Shown: positions 38,659 through 47,555 of the stretch, piece after piece
Position numbering within the stretch: position 1 is the stretch's first letter
Layout: the number at the start of each line of letters is the position of its first letter
From: a virus
Taxonomy: Duplodnaviria > Caudoviricetes
Reading direction: 5' to 3' (one strand)
Virus record (IMG/VR): IMGVR_UViG_3300002895_000002
Location: 64,001-128,000 of that record
Length of the DNA stretch: 64,000 nt
Program-made: the position numbers and the translations under genes
The notes under the pieces: generated by a model
What the model was told of the DNA's origin: nothing
Databases searched by the model: none
What the model saw: only the letters and a program-made list of their open reading frames with translations

Positions 38659-38745
38659 ATAAATAAGAGTAGAACAGGGACAGCGGTTTCTCCACCGTTG
38701 AGTTTCAGGGCCAACTGAACTCTTACCTGTTTCATGTTTATTTAT
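38659..38745 (+). ncRNA. HEG-associated structured element, copy E2
   Basis: ATAAATA..GGGA CAGCGGT[ttctcc]ACCGTTG AGTT t CAG[ggccaa]CTG AACT CTTACC..TATTTAT. Confidence 0.7.
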
Positions 38746-38769
38746 ATTTTAACAGAAAGGAATAAGACA

Positions 38770-39147
38770 ATGGCTGAGAAATTTGAAGTAGTAGCTCCGA
38801 ACGGGAAGGATATCACCTTCTCTGACATGAAAGGCCGTAAAACCTATGCTCATGGCGAGCAGATTGAGATGAATTCTTTCGTTGCTATGTTCCCGGGATT
38901 CTTCAAGCGAGTTGAAGATGCAGTCAAGGAAGTAGTTGCTGATGCCAAGGAAGCGGTCGAGGAGATCGTGGAGAAGGTTGAGGAGCAGATCGAGGAGATC
39001 AAGGAAGAGGTGGCTGAGGCCGTCGAGACCGCTGAGGAAGTAGTGGAAGCGGTTGTCGAAGAGGTGAAGGAAGCCGCCGCCGAGATCGAAGAGAAGGTCG
39101 AAGGGATCGTCGAAAAGAAAACGGCTGGTAAGAAGGGCAAAAAATAA
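38770..39147 (+). CDS. acidic low-complexity protein
   Basis: Glu/Ala/Val-rich helix with Lys-rich tail; RBS AAGGA. Confidence 0.6.
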   Translation: MAEKFEVVAPNGKDITFSDMKGRKTYAHGEQIEMNSFVAMFPGFFKRVEDAVKEVVADAKEAVEEIVEKVEEQIEEIKEEVAEAVETAEEVVEAVVEEVKEAAAEIEEKVEGIVEKKTAGKKGKK

Positions 39148-39157
39148 GAGGTGACTC

Positions 39158-39922
39158 ATGGCCCTTCCGGTCCGGATCAAGAAAAAGTCAGAGCTGGTTG
39201 ATTACATTCTCCGCAAGCTGGGTTCCCCTGCTGTCAACGTAGAATTAACCAACGAGCACCTCGACGACGCAATTGAGGATACGCTCGAGGAATTCCTTCC
39301 TCGAGCTTATTCCGGCACACTCGAACGGTATGTTCAACTCCAGCTCATAAAGGATCAGCAAGATTACAGACTTCCTGATTCTGTTTTTGCTGTTCTCGGT
39401 GTGTTCAACAACAACATCGGTGACTATACTGTCTCCTCCACTGATATGTTCTCTGCCAACCAGTACATCGCCGCAGACATCTTTGGCGGGAACCTAAAGA
39501 ACGTTGACCTGCTTACCTATACAATGACCCAGCAGTTTATTGAAACGATGGGTTTGATCTTTGGTAAGCGGATCACGTTTGACTTTAACTCCAACACCAG
39601 AATCCTTCACCTTCATGAGCCGCCGAAGAGCAACATATTCACAGTAATGCACTTCTACATGTTCCTTGAGCGTGACGAAGATCCATTAACTCAGGACGAA
39701 CTCACGAACATCTACGATAACAAGTGGGTCAAAAGGATGGCGGTTGAGATGGCTCGGTATCAATGGGGTGTGAACCTCATGAAGTACAATGGCACAGTCC
39801 TTCCGAACGGGATGAATCTCAATGCTGGTGGCATCCTGGATATGGCAGAGAAGAATAAAGAGAAACTGATGGAAGAACTCCATAACGAATGGTCTTTACC
39901 TACCGACTTCTACATCGGGTGA
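39158..39922 (+). CDS. gp13: neck protein gp13
   Basis: ELVDYILRKLGSPAVNVEL, WVK.MA..QWG.NL.KY....LP.G..LN and LP.DFYIG motifs. Confidence 0.9.
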   Translation: MALPVRIKKKSELVDYILRKLGSPAVNVELTNEHLDDAIEDTLEEFLPRAYSGTLERYVQLQLIKDQQDYRLPDSVFAVLGVFNNNIGDYTVSSTDMFSANQYIAADIFGGNLKNVDLLTYTMTQQFIETMGLIFGKRITFDFNSNTRILHLHEPPKSNIFTVMHFYMFLERDEDPLTQDELTNIYDNKWVKRMAVEMARYQWGVNLMKYNGTVLPNGMNLNAGGILDMAEKNKEKLMEELHNEWSLPTDFYIG

Positions 39923-39985
39923 ATGTAGGTTTCCGGTTGATTTTTTACCTTTCTTGATAAATAGTATTACAAGAAAGGAAATATC

Positions 39986-41101
39986 ATGCGAGACTTTATT
40001 CTCAGCACTTTTATCACCAAACGAGGAACTTGTGATAGTTCAAAAATAAATCTTCTCTCAAATTATCATGATGACCTAGTTGAACTTGTTCCTGGGTGTG
40101 ATGGTGATGATAAAGAACGATTGTTTTGGTTATCGAGAGGGATAACAGAAGCTCCGGTTTGCAAAACTTGTGGTGGAAAAACAAAGTGGAAAGGGCTCTT
40201 TACTGTTGGAAAGAAGAGCTCTTATCCACTTTTCTGTTCTCCTGCTTGTAGAGCAAAAGATCCAGATGTTACCGAAAAACTCAAGGACTCTCAGTCAAAT
40301 CTCTATCAAGATGAAATGTTAGCAGTTTCTAATAAAGATGAATTGATAGAAATAATCAAACGTCGTTATTATAATGGCAGCAAAACAAATGGCAACTTCC
40401 TTCGTGCTCTCACTCCAAATATAAAAAGTCTACTCAATACTCTTACTCCAAAACTCAAATCTAACGACTACAAAGAAAAGATCTATTGGGTGATGAACGG
40501 ATTTGAAGACTACCCAAATTGGTGTTCGTGTGGCAACCCAATCACTCAGTTTAGAAAAGAATATAAGTGGAAGTTCTGTTCTAACAAATGCAAAGCAAAT
40601 GATCCTGATTTCCAAAAACAAAGAATCGAAACAACAACCTCACGATATGGGACTTCAAATAACAATGCAAAAACCAAACAAACAAACATAAAGAAGTATG
40701 GTGTTGAAAACGTATCACAAATCCCAGCGGTAGCTGATAAGATACTCAAAAATGGACACAGAAAGAAAGTATACACATTTCCTTCTGGAAGAAAAGTATT
40801 CGTTCAAGGATACGAGCCCCAAGCAATCGATGAATTGTTGAAAACATATAATGAAGATGATATTGTTCTTGATCGAAAACAAATACCAACATTTTGGTGG
40901 AACGACAAAACAGGAAAGAAGCACAGATATTTCCCTGATATATTCATCCCAAAAGACAATCTGGTAGTTGAAGTAAAGAGTAAGTGGACCTATGACTCTG
41001 CAAAAGATGTAAATGAGCGAAAGTTCGAACGTGTTCGGGAATCTACCTACAACTTTCGTTTGATGATACTTGATAAATACCAATGGAGGATTCTACCATG
41101 A
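39986..41101 (+). CDS. putative homing endonuclease (Zn-ribbon repeats plus C-terminal PD-(D/E)XK domain)
   Basis: CKTCG/CSPAC/CSCG/CSNKC, KKYGVENVSQ, VQGYE, YFPDIFIP..VVEVKS; AT-rich. Confidence 0.75.
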   Translation: MRDFILSTFITKRGTCDSSKINLLSNYHDDLVELVPGCDGDDKERLFWLSRGITEAPVCKTCGGKTKWKGLFTVGKKSSYPLFCSPACRAKDPDVTEKLKDSQSNLYQDEMLAVSNKDELIEIIKRRYYNGSKTNGNFLRALTPNIKSLLNTLTPKLKSNDYKEKIYWVMNGFEDYPNWCSCGNPITQFRKEYKWKFCSNKCKANDPDFQKQRIETTTSRYGTSNNNAKTKQTNIKKYGVENVSQIPAVADKILKNGHRKKVYTFPSGRKVFVQGYEPQAIDELLKTYNEDDIVLDRKQIPTFWWNDKTGKKHRYFPDIFIPKDNLVVEVKSKWTYDSAKDVNERKFERVRESTYNFRLMILDKYQWRILP

Positions 41102-41535
41102 ACAAATTCATAGATATGCTCGAAACAGCTCCACAAGTCAATAAGAAACTTGCTGACAGTCAGGCCAAGATTGCTCAGCGAATCCGTATCCAGAAGGAAC
41201 GGGAAGCTCAGATCAAAGCAATGACCATGCAGGAATCTGAGGACTTTGATCAGTATCTTTCGTCCATTGACTCTGTGATCTATGAGAACGCTGCTGTTCA
41301 TCCTGAAGGTGGGGCAGTTCGGGATGGTGGTCGTTTTGTTCTGAGTCATCATGTCATAAAGACGGATCCCTATCTCTTCGGCATGGACACGGACGAGCAC
41401 AAGCGATTCATTTCGAAGGCAGGGACCAAAGGCGATGCAAAAGTAACAATGCATGCTCCTGGGTTCTACGATCTGTATTTTGACGATGGTGACATTGTTC
41501 CAGCAATATCCGGTCATTTCGTTAAGCCGGCATAA
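41098..41535 (+). CDS. hypothetical protein, candidate head-internal protein
   Basis: MNKFIDMLE start; RBS GGAGG. Confidence 0.6.
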   Translation: MNKFIDMLETAPQVNKKLADSQAKIAQRIRIQKEREAQIKAMTMQESEDFDQYLSSIDSVIYENAAVHPEGGAVRDGGRFVLSHHVIKTDPYLFGMDTDEHKRFISKAGTKGDAKVTMHAPGFYDLYFDDGDIVPAISGHFVKPA

Positions 41536-41556
41536 TATACCAAGGAGAAATCAAAC

Positions 41557-42123
41557 ATGAGTAAAATGGATCTGTATCTCAAAGGTCTCGATGGTCTTGC
41601 TACAGTGATCGGTGCTGCCCTGGTTGTTGAGAGCAAAGAAGAAGTAAAAGAAGAGCCGACAGTCATCGAAGAGAGTGTTGAGGAAGAATACCTCTGTGAA
41701 GGCATCAAATCTTCCTCACTCAAGAAGGGTGATCGGGTGATGATGAAGGACAAGTATGAAGAGATTCCGGTTGAAATTCTCGGGTTCTCTCATCACTCCG
41801 CTAAGTATGGTGATCATAGCAAATATGACGCCAAACACGACCCGGAAGGCAAGTTCAAAGGCAAGGACTTTGAATCCCATAAGGAAATGTTGGATCACTA
41901 CGGAGTAAAGAGCCTCAAGGACCTCGAGCAACACGAAGACATCAAGAAAGCGGAGTATGGTCATCACCCATACATGAAACTCAAAGCCCATGAGAACGGA
42001 AACTCGTACGACTTCAACGCATACCCGTATAAGGGTCGGTGGAATGTTGGTACTAGCGCTGACAGCATTTCCTTCCGTAAGATGACCCCGGAAGAGGAAG
42101 AGAAGCATTTCGGTAGTAAGTAA
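41557..42123 (+). CDS. hypothetical protein, acidic propeptide-like N-terminus
   Basis: RBS AAGGAG; E-rich leader ending in LCE. Confidence 0.65.
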   Translation: MSKMDLYLKGLDGLATVIGAALVVESKEEVKEEPTVIEESVEEEYLCEGIKSSSLKKGDRVMMKDKYEEIPVEILGFSHHSAKYGDHSKYDAKHDPEGKFKGKDFESHKEMLDHYGVKSLKDLEQHEDIKKAEYGHHPYMKLKAHENGNSYDFNAYPYKGRWNVGTSADSISFRKMTPEEEEKHFGSK

Positions 42124-42138
42124 CCTATACCGCTTAGA

Positions 42139-42852
42139 TCATTTCCAGAAAAGAAACGCGACTAGTCCAATAAGGGCGGATTCACGTTGTTCCGCCCTTC
42201 GTTGTTTTATTATTTTGGACATGTATGCTTTGTGTTCATCTGAGTGGATGTGTTTACCCTTATTTGCTTCACTTATTTTTCGACAATGCTCCTCAGACCT
42301 CTGGGGTTTTGGTACTCCCCTCAATGAATCGGAAATCTTACGTTTGGTTTCGTTGGATAATGTCTTACCAGTTTGTGCTCTGGAATTTTTTGCTCTCTCT
42401 TCCACACTCACAACTCGACCAGATAGAGATTTACTTCTTTTCTCTCGAGTTTCGTTGCTTATAGATGTTGCTGCTATCCTTTTCTTGGCTCTGGTTTCTT
42501 CTGATGGGTTACGATTAGCATCTCCTATCTTCTGACGGTGTTCTTTAGAAGGGGACCTTCCTTTTCTATTGGGTGGTCTATATCCACCAGGCGTTAGGTT
42601 ATAAACATCTGTTCTGGAAAGAAATGATCTATCCACAATCCAAGACTCAATCTCATAAGCCTCTTCCTCGTTTCTGGCTAGATGAAGGATGTGTCGTTGG
42701 AAATTATTCTTTCCATACTTTTTGATGGCTTTGAGGATGTTATCTCCCGAACCCAGATATGAATCCTTGAGTCGATTAGCGGAATGGACGCCGACGTAGA
42801 TTTTGCCGTTGATAAGATTGTGAGTGAGGTAGATAAAGTGATACAGTTTCAT
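42139..42852 (-). CDS. GIY-YIG homing endonuclease with NUMOD3 repeats
   Basis: FIYLTHNLINGKIYVGVH..YLGSG..YNL; start ATG 42852 after GGAG. Confidence 0.9.
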   Translation of the reverse strand: MKLYHFIYLTHNLINGKIYVGVHSANRLKDSYLGSGDNILKAIKKYGKNNFQRHILHLARNEEEAYEIESWIVDRSFLSRTDVYNLTPGGYRPPNRKGRSPSKEHRQKIGDANRNPSEETRAKKRIAATSISNETREKRSKSLSGRVVSVEERAKNSRAQTGKTLSNETKRKISDSLRGVPKPQRSEEHCRKISEANKGKHIHSDEHKAYMSKIIKQRRAEQRESALIGLVAFLFWK

Positions 42853-42862
42853 GGTGACTCCG

Positions 42863-42948
42863 ATAAATAGATGTGACAGGGACATCGGGAGTGACTCCCT
42901 TCCGTTGAGTCTCAGCTGCAACTGGACTCTTACCTGTCTATTATTTAT
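42863..42948 (+). ncRNA. HEG-associated structured element, copy E3
   Basis: ATAAATA..GGGA CATCGG[gagtgactccctt]CCGTTG AGTC t CAG[ctgcaa]CTG GACT CTTACC..TATTTAT. Confidence 0.7.
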
Positions 42949-42964
42949 AATACCTGGATAGAAA

Positions 42965-43639
42965 ATGCCAATACCAACATTCAACAGACAGACGACGGTT
43001 TTTAAGTTCAATGAACGTTATGCACCAGACCAAGGTGAAGCTCATTTATATCATACAATCTTGTGCGAGGCCGTTTGGAAGCACGGAACTGATGTTATTT
43101 TCATTCCCCGGGTCATCTCGGGGATTGAGAAAATCTTTGGAGAGTACCTTGCTCCTGTTCTGGAGAAAGGACATCCGTTCCGGATGTTTGTTGATGAGGT
43201 AGAGAACTGGAACGGGACTGGTGACATGTATTCCCGCTTTGGTCTCAAGGTTCAAGATTCGATGACCTGCTGGCTCCCCATCGATAGCTTCCGGGAACAG
43301 AACCCAGATGGTAGTGATGGGGAGTTGCTTTTCCCTCAGCACAATGACCTCTTATACCACGTGCCGTCCAAGAAGCTCTTTGAGATCACTCACGTGGAAA
43401 ATGAGAGTCACCCAAGTTTCTATCTGTTTGGAAACCTCCGTTGCTATAAGTTTACCACCACTCTGTACTCTTACAACCACGAAGAAGTGGTTGACGATGC
43501 ATCGCTCCCTGAAGGGCTGTTTGAGCTTAGCCAGCAAGCTGAGCCCCAAGATTTTGATCGAAACAATCAGCGGTATCAGGATAGAACAGTAACAGAGCAA
43601 ACGTTGGACAAAACTGAGAAAAATCCAATTTTTGAGTAG
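42965..43639 (+). CDS. gp14: neck protein gp14
   Basis: E....HG.DV.FIPR, FG..., GD.YSRFG..VQD, DLLY....KLFEI.HVE...FY..G motifs. Confidence 0.9.
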   Translation: MPIPTFNRQTTVFKFNERYAPDQGEAHLYHTILCEAVWKHGTDVIFIPRVISGIEKIFGEYLAPVLEKGHPFRMFVDEVENWNGTGDMYSRFGLKVQDSMTCWLPIDSFREQNPDGSDGELLFPQHNDLLYHVPSKKLFEITHVENESHPSFYLFGNLRCYKFTTTLYSYNHEEVVDDASLPEGLFELSQQAEPQDFDRNNQRYQDRTVTEQTLDKTEKNPIFE

Positions 43640-44259
43640 CTATTTCTTATATTTGCAGTTATCACCATGCCATCTCTTTATCAATGAGGGGATGGCTTCT
43701 TTTTTGCAATAAGGACATATAGCATTTGGTCTATTTCTTATAGACTCACTCATCTTCTGTTTGCTTTCTTCAGTGTGGGTCCACCCAGTATAAGGTGTTC
43801 GTTGTTTTGCTTTTTCGCTTATTATCTTTTTTGATTCATCCGAATGTTTCCACCCAGTATAAGGTGTTCGTTGTTTTGCTTTCTCACTCATTATCTTCTT
43901 TGAGTCGACTGAGTGTTTTTGCCCCTTTCTTCTCAATGCTCTTTTTTCTACATGTTCTTTTGATTGTTTTTCCCTTTTTGATTTGGTGGTCGACGACCAC
44001 CCGGGACAAGATTATAGGTGTCTTTTCTCTTTATAAAAGAATTGTCAACCATCCAAGATTCAAACTCGTAAGCTTCCTCTTCATTCCTACCGATAAAAAG
44101 AATGGTTCTTTTGAATTGATCTTTTCCATACTTTTTGATCGCAGGAAGTAATAAAAACCCAGATCCCAAGTATGAATCTTCAAACGAATCAGACGAATGA
44201 ACACCAACATAAATCATATTGTTTATAAGGTTCTGAGTAAGATAGACGAAGTGATACAC
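43640..44259 (-). pseudogene. GIY-YIG/NUMOD3 homing endonuclease split by a frameshift
   Basis: GTG 44259: VYHFVYLTQNLINNMIYVGVH..YLGSG; frame breaks at an A5 run (43967-43971); the other frame continues KQSKEHVEKRA. Confidence 0.8.
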
Positions 44260-44276
44260 GAATGTCTCCTGATGAC

Positions 44277-44358
44277 ATAAATAGGATTGTGGGGACAGCA
44301 GTTTCCTGGACTGTTGGTGTTCGTTGCCCGACGACACCTTACCCACAATCCTATTTAT
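44277..44358 (+). ncRNA. HEG-associated structured element, copy E4
   Basis: Perfect 17-bp terminal IR ATAAATAGGATTGTGGG/CCCACAATCCTATTTAT; core GGGA CAGCAGT[ttcctgg]ACTGTTG GTGT t CGTT[gccc]GACG ACAC CTTACC. Confidence 0.72.
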
Positions 44359-44362
44359 CAAA

Positions 44363-45190
44363 ATGGATGTCAACATGGTTTATTTCGCTCATAACAATCT
44401 AACTAGACGGGTTTTGGTATCTTTTCTGGATTTCTTATCAAGATTTACCATTGAAAAATATCAATATAACCAAACTACGGGAGAGTTTGAATCCAGAAAG
44501 TTCGTGAGAGTTCCTATACAATATGCGAGCAAGGAAGAATGGTTGCAGGTTCTCGATTCTACGACAGGAAGGAGACAATTCAATCCTGCTCTCATGAATC
44601 CAATAGAATCTGAATGGATTCTCCCTAGATTGTCTGCCAACATTGTGAATATGACGTATGATTCAAATAGAAAAGTTTCATCGTTGAACCGAGTTCCTGA
44701 CATTGGAAGAAATCCAGACTCAACGATGAAAAATTACTACATGCCGGTTCCTTATTCGCTGGATCTTGATGTATATGCTGTTGCCAAGAGCATGGATGAC
44801 ATCCTCCAGATAACTGAGCAGATGGTTCCATTCTTCAGTCCGTCTATGAGCATGGATGTTAAGCTGTTCCCTGATGCGCCAGCAGAGAGCATTCCCGTTG
44901 TTCTCCAAAGCACAGTTCCTGATTACCCGGACGAGATTGGTTCTGAGGATGAGATCCGACTCTATCAAATGACCTTTGGGTTCCAGATCCGCATGAACTA
45001 TTACCTGCCGAGAAGGATTGACCCAACTGTCAAGAGCGTTGTTGTTGACTACGAGCTTGAGGATGCAGAACGGTTTGCTCGGTATGTTCAGACTGCTCGA
45101 GATCTATACCCAGTAGGTGAGTATAAGGACCGTCCTAATCTTGATCTCAATCCTGTTGATGTCTCTGAGGATTTTCCTGGGATACCTTGA
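44363..45190 (+). CDS. gp15: tail sheath stabiliser/terminator gp15
   Basis: VPIQYASKE, LPRLS....YD..RK, PVPY.L, QI.EQ.VPFF.P motifs. Confidence 0.92.
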   Translation: MDVNMVYFAHNNLTRRVLVSFLDFLSRFTIEKYQYNQTTGEFESRKFVRVPIQYASKEEWLQVLDSTTGRRQFNPALMNPIESEWILPRLSANIVNMTYDSNRKVSSLNRVPDIGRNPDSTMKNYYMPVPYSLDLDVYAVAKSMDDILQITEQMVPFFSPSMSMDVKLFPDAPAESIPVVLQSTVPDYPDEIGSEDEIRLYQMTFGFQIRMNYYLPRRIDPTVKSVVVDYELEDAERFARYVQTARDLYPVGEYKDRPNLDLNPVDVSEDFPGIP

Positions 45191-45215
45191 TAAATAAAGG
45201 TGGAGGATTCCACCA

Positions 45216-45776
45216 ATGAATAAAAGCGAAAAACTACAACGACTTGAACAGAAATTTGGAGCAGCACAGACGGCAGTTGCACAGATTGATGATCTGGTTT
45301 CTGAACTAGGTATTAATAACATAGACGTAGAACCGGCGGGTGCTTTGACAGTAAAGGAAGCAAATCTTCCCTCTACTGAAACAGAGCACCTTGAGTTATT
45401 TTCTGTTCAGCGATTACTGACGGACTTTGAAATGGTCCGGAGTAACATCATTCGTCTTATCAATACCGGACAAAGGATTCTTGAAAGTACCCAGGTTCTT
45501 GATCTGGGAGATCTAAAAGCATCACAGCTTGATGCTCTCACAAATCTTCAACGAACGATTGCTGAGAACACGAAAATGCTCCTTGAGATCTACAAGGACA
45601 TGGCAGCAATCGAGAAGGCTCGGGGTGCTGGGAAAGCAAAGCCTGTTGATGTACCTGCTGGAAACGTTATGACGGGACCAGTGACACAGAACAACATTGT
45701 GTTTCAAGGAAGCACCGCAGAGCTTATGAAGTTGATACACAATGGCGGAAAAGTGATTGAGGGTGAGACTGTATGA
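45216..45776 (+). CDS. gp16: terminase small subunit
   Basis: DFEMVRSNI..LI..G helical core, NNIVFQGSTAEL.K; overlaps gp17 start. Confidence 0.8.
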   Translation: MNKSEKLQRLEQKFGAAQTAVAQIDDLVSELGINNIDVEPAGALTVKEANLPSTETEHLELFSVQRLLTDFEMVRSNIIRLINTGQRILESTQVLDLGDLKASQLDALTNLQRTIAENTKMLLEIYKDMAAIEKARGAGKAKPVDVPAGNVMTGPVTQNNIVFQGSTAELMKLIHNGGKVIEGETV

Positions 45777-47449
45777 TTCATTTCTCTCTTCCAGATTTTA
45801 CGGAAGACCTAAATGGCAATAAGCTTCAGTTCAACGGGAACGAGCAGCTTAAGGGCTTACGTCAACCGCTTGCATTTACTCCCGAACACATTCAGGAGAT
45901 AATGAAGTGTAAGGATGACATCCAGTATTTCGCTGAGAAATATTATCACATCCTAAGTCTTGATGATGGTATGATCAAGATCAAGATGAGGGACTACCAG
46001 AAAGAACTGGTCCAGAACTTCAAGAACCACAGATTCAATATCGTTATGGCCACTCGGCAGTGCGGTAAGTCAACGAGCTTTGAAGTTTTCGTTCTCCATT
46101 ACATCCTTTTCCATACAGACAAGAACGTTGCTCTTCTTGCCAACAAAGCAGCAAACAGTTTCGACTTGCTCCGGAAGATTAAGAACGCATACGAGCTTCT
46201 TCCAAAGTGGCTCCAGGTTGGTGTAAAGGTTTGGAACCAAAGTCGAATTGAACTTGAAAACGGTTGTATGGTAATTGCAGCAGCAACAAGCTCATCTGCA
46301 ATTCGTTCGAAGTCCATCAACTTACTGATCATAGACGAATGTGCATTTATTCCGCCCAACATCTGGGAGAACTTCTATTCATCATCATATCCGACGATTT
46401 CATCTTCCAAAACATCAAAGGTCATCTTCGTTTCTACTCCGAACGGTATGAACCACTTCTACAAGTTCTGGACAGATGCGCAGGCAGGAAAGAATACTTT
46501 TACACCATATCAGATCCACTGGTACCAAGTACCTGGTCGTGACGAGAAGTGGAAAGAAGAGACCATTGCTAACGTCGGTCTCCAGACATTCAACCAGGAA
46601 TACCTCTGTCACTTCCTTGGGTCGGCAGGTACTCTTATTGAGGGACATGTTCTGTCCCTCATGCGGTACAAAGACCCGCTCGAGTTTACTGAGATACATC
46701 AGGACCTTCCGAATGACCTCCATAGCATGATGAGGGTCTTTGAAGTACCACAGAAGGGACATACCTACTCCATTGGTGTTGACTCGTCCAAGATGACCAA
46801 GGAGTCCAACGGTGATGCATTCTGTGTTCAGGTCCTTGACATAACCTGTCTCCCATACCGGCAGGTTGCTACGTTCTATGCCAAGAACGGATTCAACTAC
46901 ATGCAGGGACCTGAGGTCATAGTCAAACTCGGGTGGTGGTACAACGATGCTTATATTTTCATCGAGAACAATGAGATCGGTCAAGAGGTAGCAAACATCA
47001 CCGCCTTTGACTACGAATACGAGAATGTGTTCTACGAAAAACCATCTTTGCCTGGATTCCGAACCACAAAGCTCTCAAAGCGATTGGGATGTTCAAACAC
47101 AAAGATCCTTGCTGAGAACTTCAAGGTTGAGATCAACGACTTTGAAACCATCAGTCAGTTCAGTACCTTCATCAAGAAGGGAACGTCGTATGCAGCAGAG
47201 GGTGGATATCAGGATGATGCTGTTATGTCATTCATGGCGTGTTTGTTCTTCATGCAACGACAAGAATTTCAGGAGCACGAGAACAAACAGGATCTCTTCA
47301 AAGAGATTTTTGACAAACAAGCATCACAAAGAGCAGCAGAAGTTCAGCTCAACGATGATGTCCCGAGCTTCGGGATCTGTCCGGACATTGATGTTGGTGG
47401 GGACATCTCAATGCCTTGTGCATTTCCACCAGATCCTTATGATTGGTAA
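45773..47449 (+). CDS. gp17: terminase large subunit
   Basis: RQCGKS Walker A, LLIIDECAF Walker B, STPNGMNHFY, FNQEY.C.F and QDDAVM. Confidence 0.97.
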   Translation: MIHFSLPDFTEDLNGNKLQFNGNEQLKGLRQPLAFTPEHIQEIMKCKDDIQYFAEKYYHILSLDDGMIKIKMRDYQKELVQNFKNHRFNIVMATRQCGKSTSFEVFVLHYILFHTDKNVALLANKAANSFDLLRKIKNAYELLPKWLQVGVKVWNQSRIELENGCMVIAAATSSSAIRSKSINLLIIDECAFIPPNIWENFYSSSYPTISSSKTSKVIFVSTPNGMNHFYKFWTDAQAGKNTFTPYQIHWYQVPGRDEKWKEETIANVGLQTFNQEYLCHFLGSAGTLIEGHVLSLMRYKDPLEFTEIHQDLPNDLHSMMRVFEVPQKGHTYSIGVDSSKMTKESNGDAFCVQVLDITCLPYRQVATFYAKNGFNYMQGPEVIVKLGWWYNDAYIFIENNEIGQEVANITAFDYEYENVFYEKPSLPGFRTTKLSKRLGCSNTKILAENFKVEINDFETISQFSTFIKKGTSYAAEGGYQDDAVMSFMACLFFMQRQEFQEHENKQDLFKEIFDKQASQRAAEVQLNDDVPSFGICPDIDVGGDISMPCAFPPDPYDW

Positions 47450-47555
47450 AAGTAAATCGATTTCTTTGATTGAGATAAATAAAGAAGAACTCAATGTGGT
47501 AGATTGAAATGGGATAGCCCTCAGTCGAGAACATAAAACAAAGGAGACATAAGAC

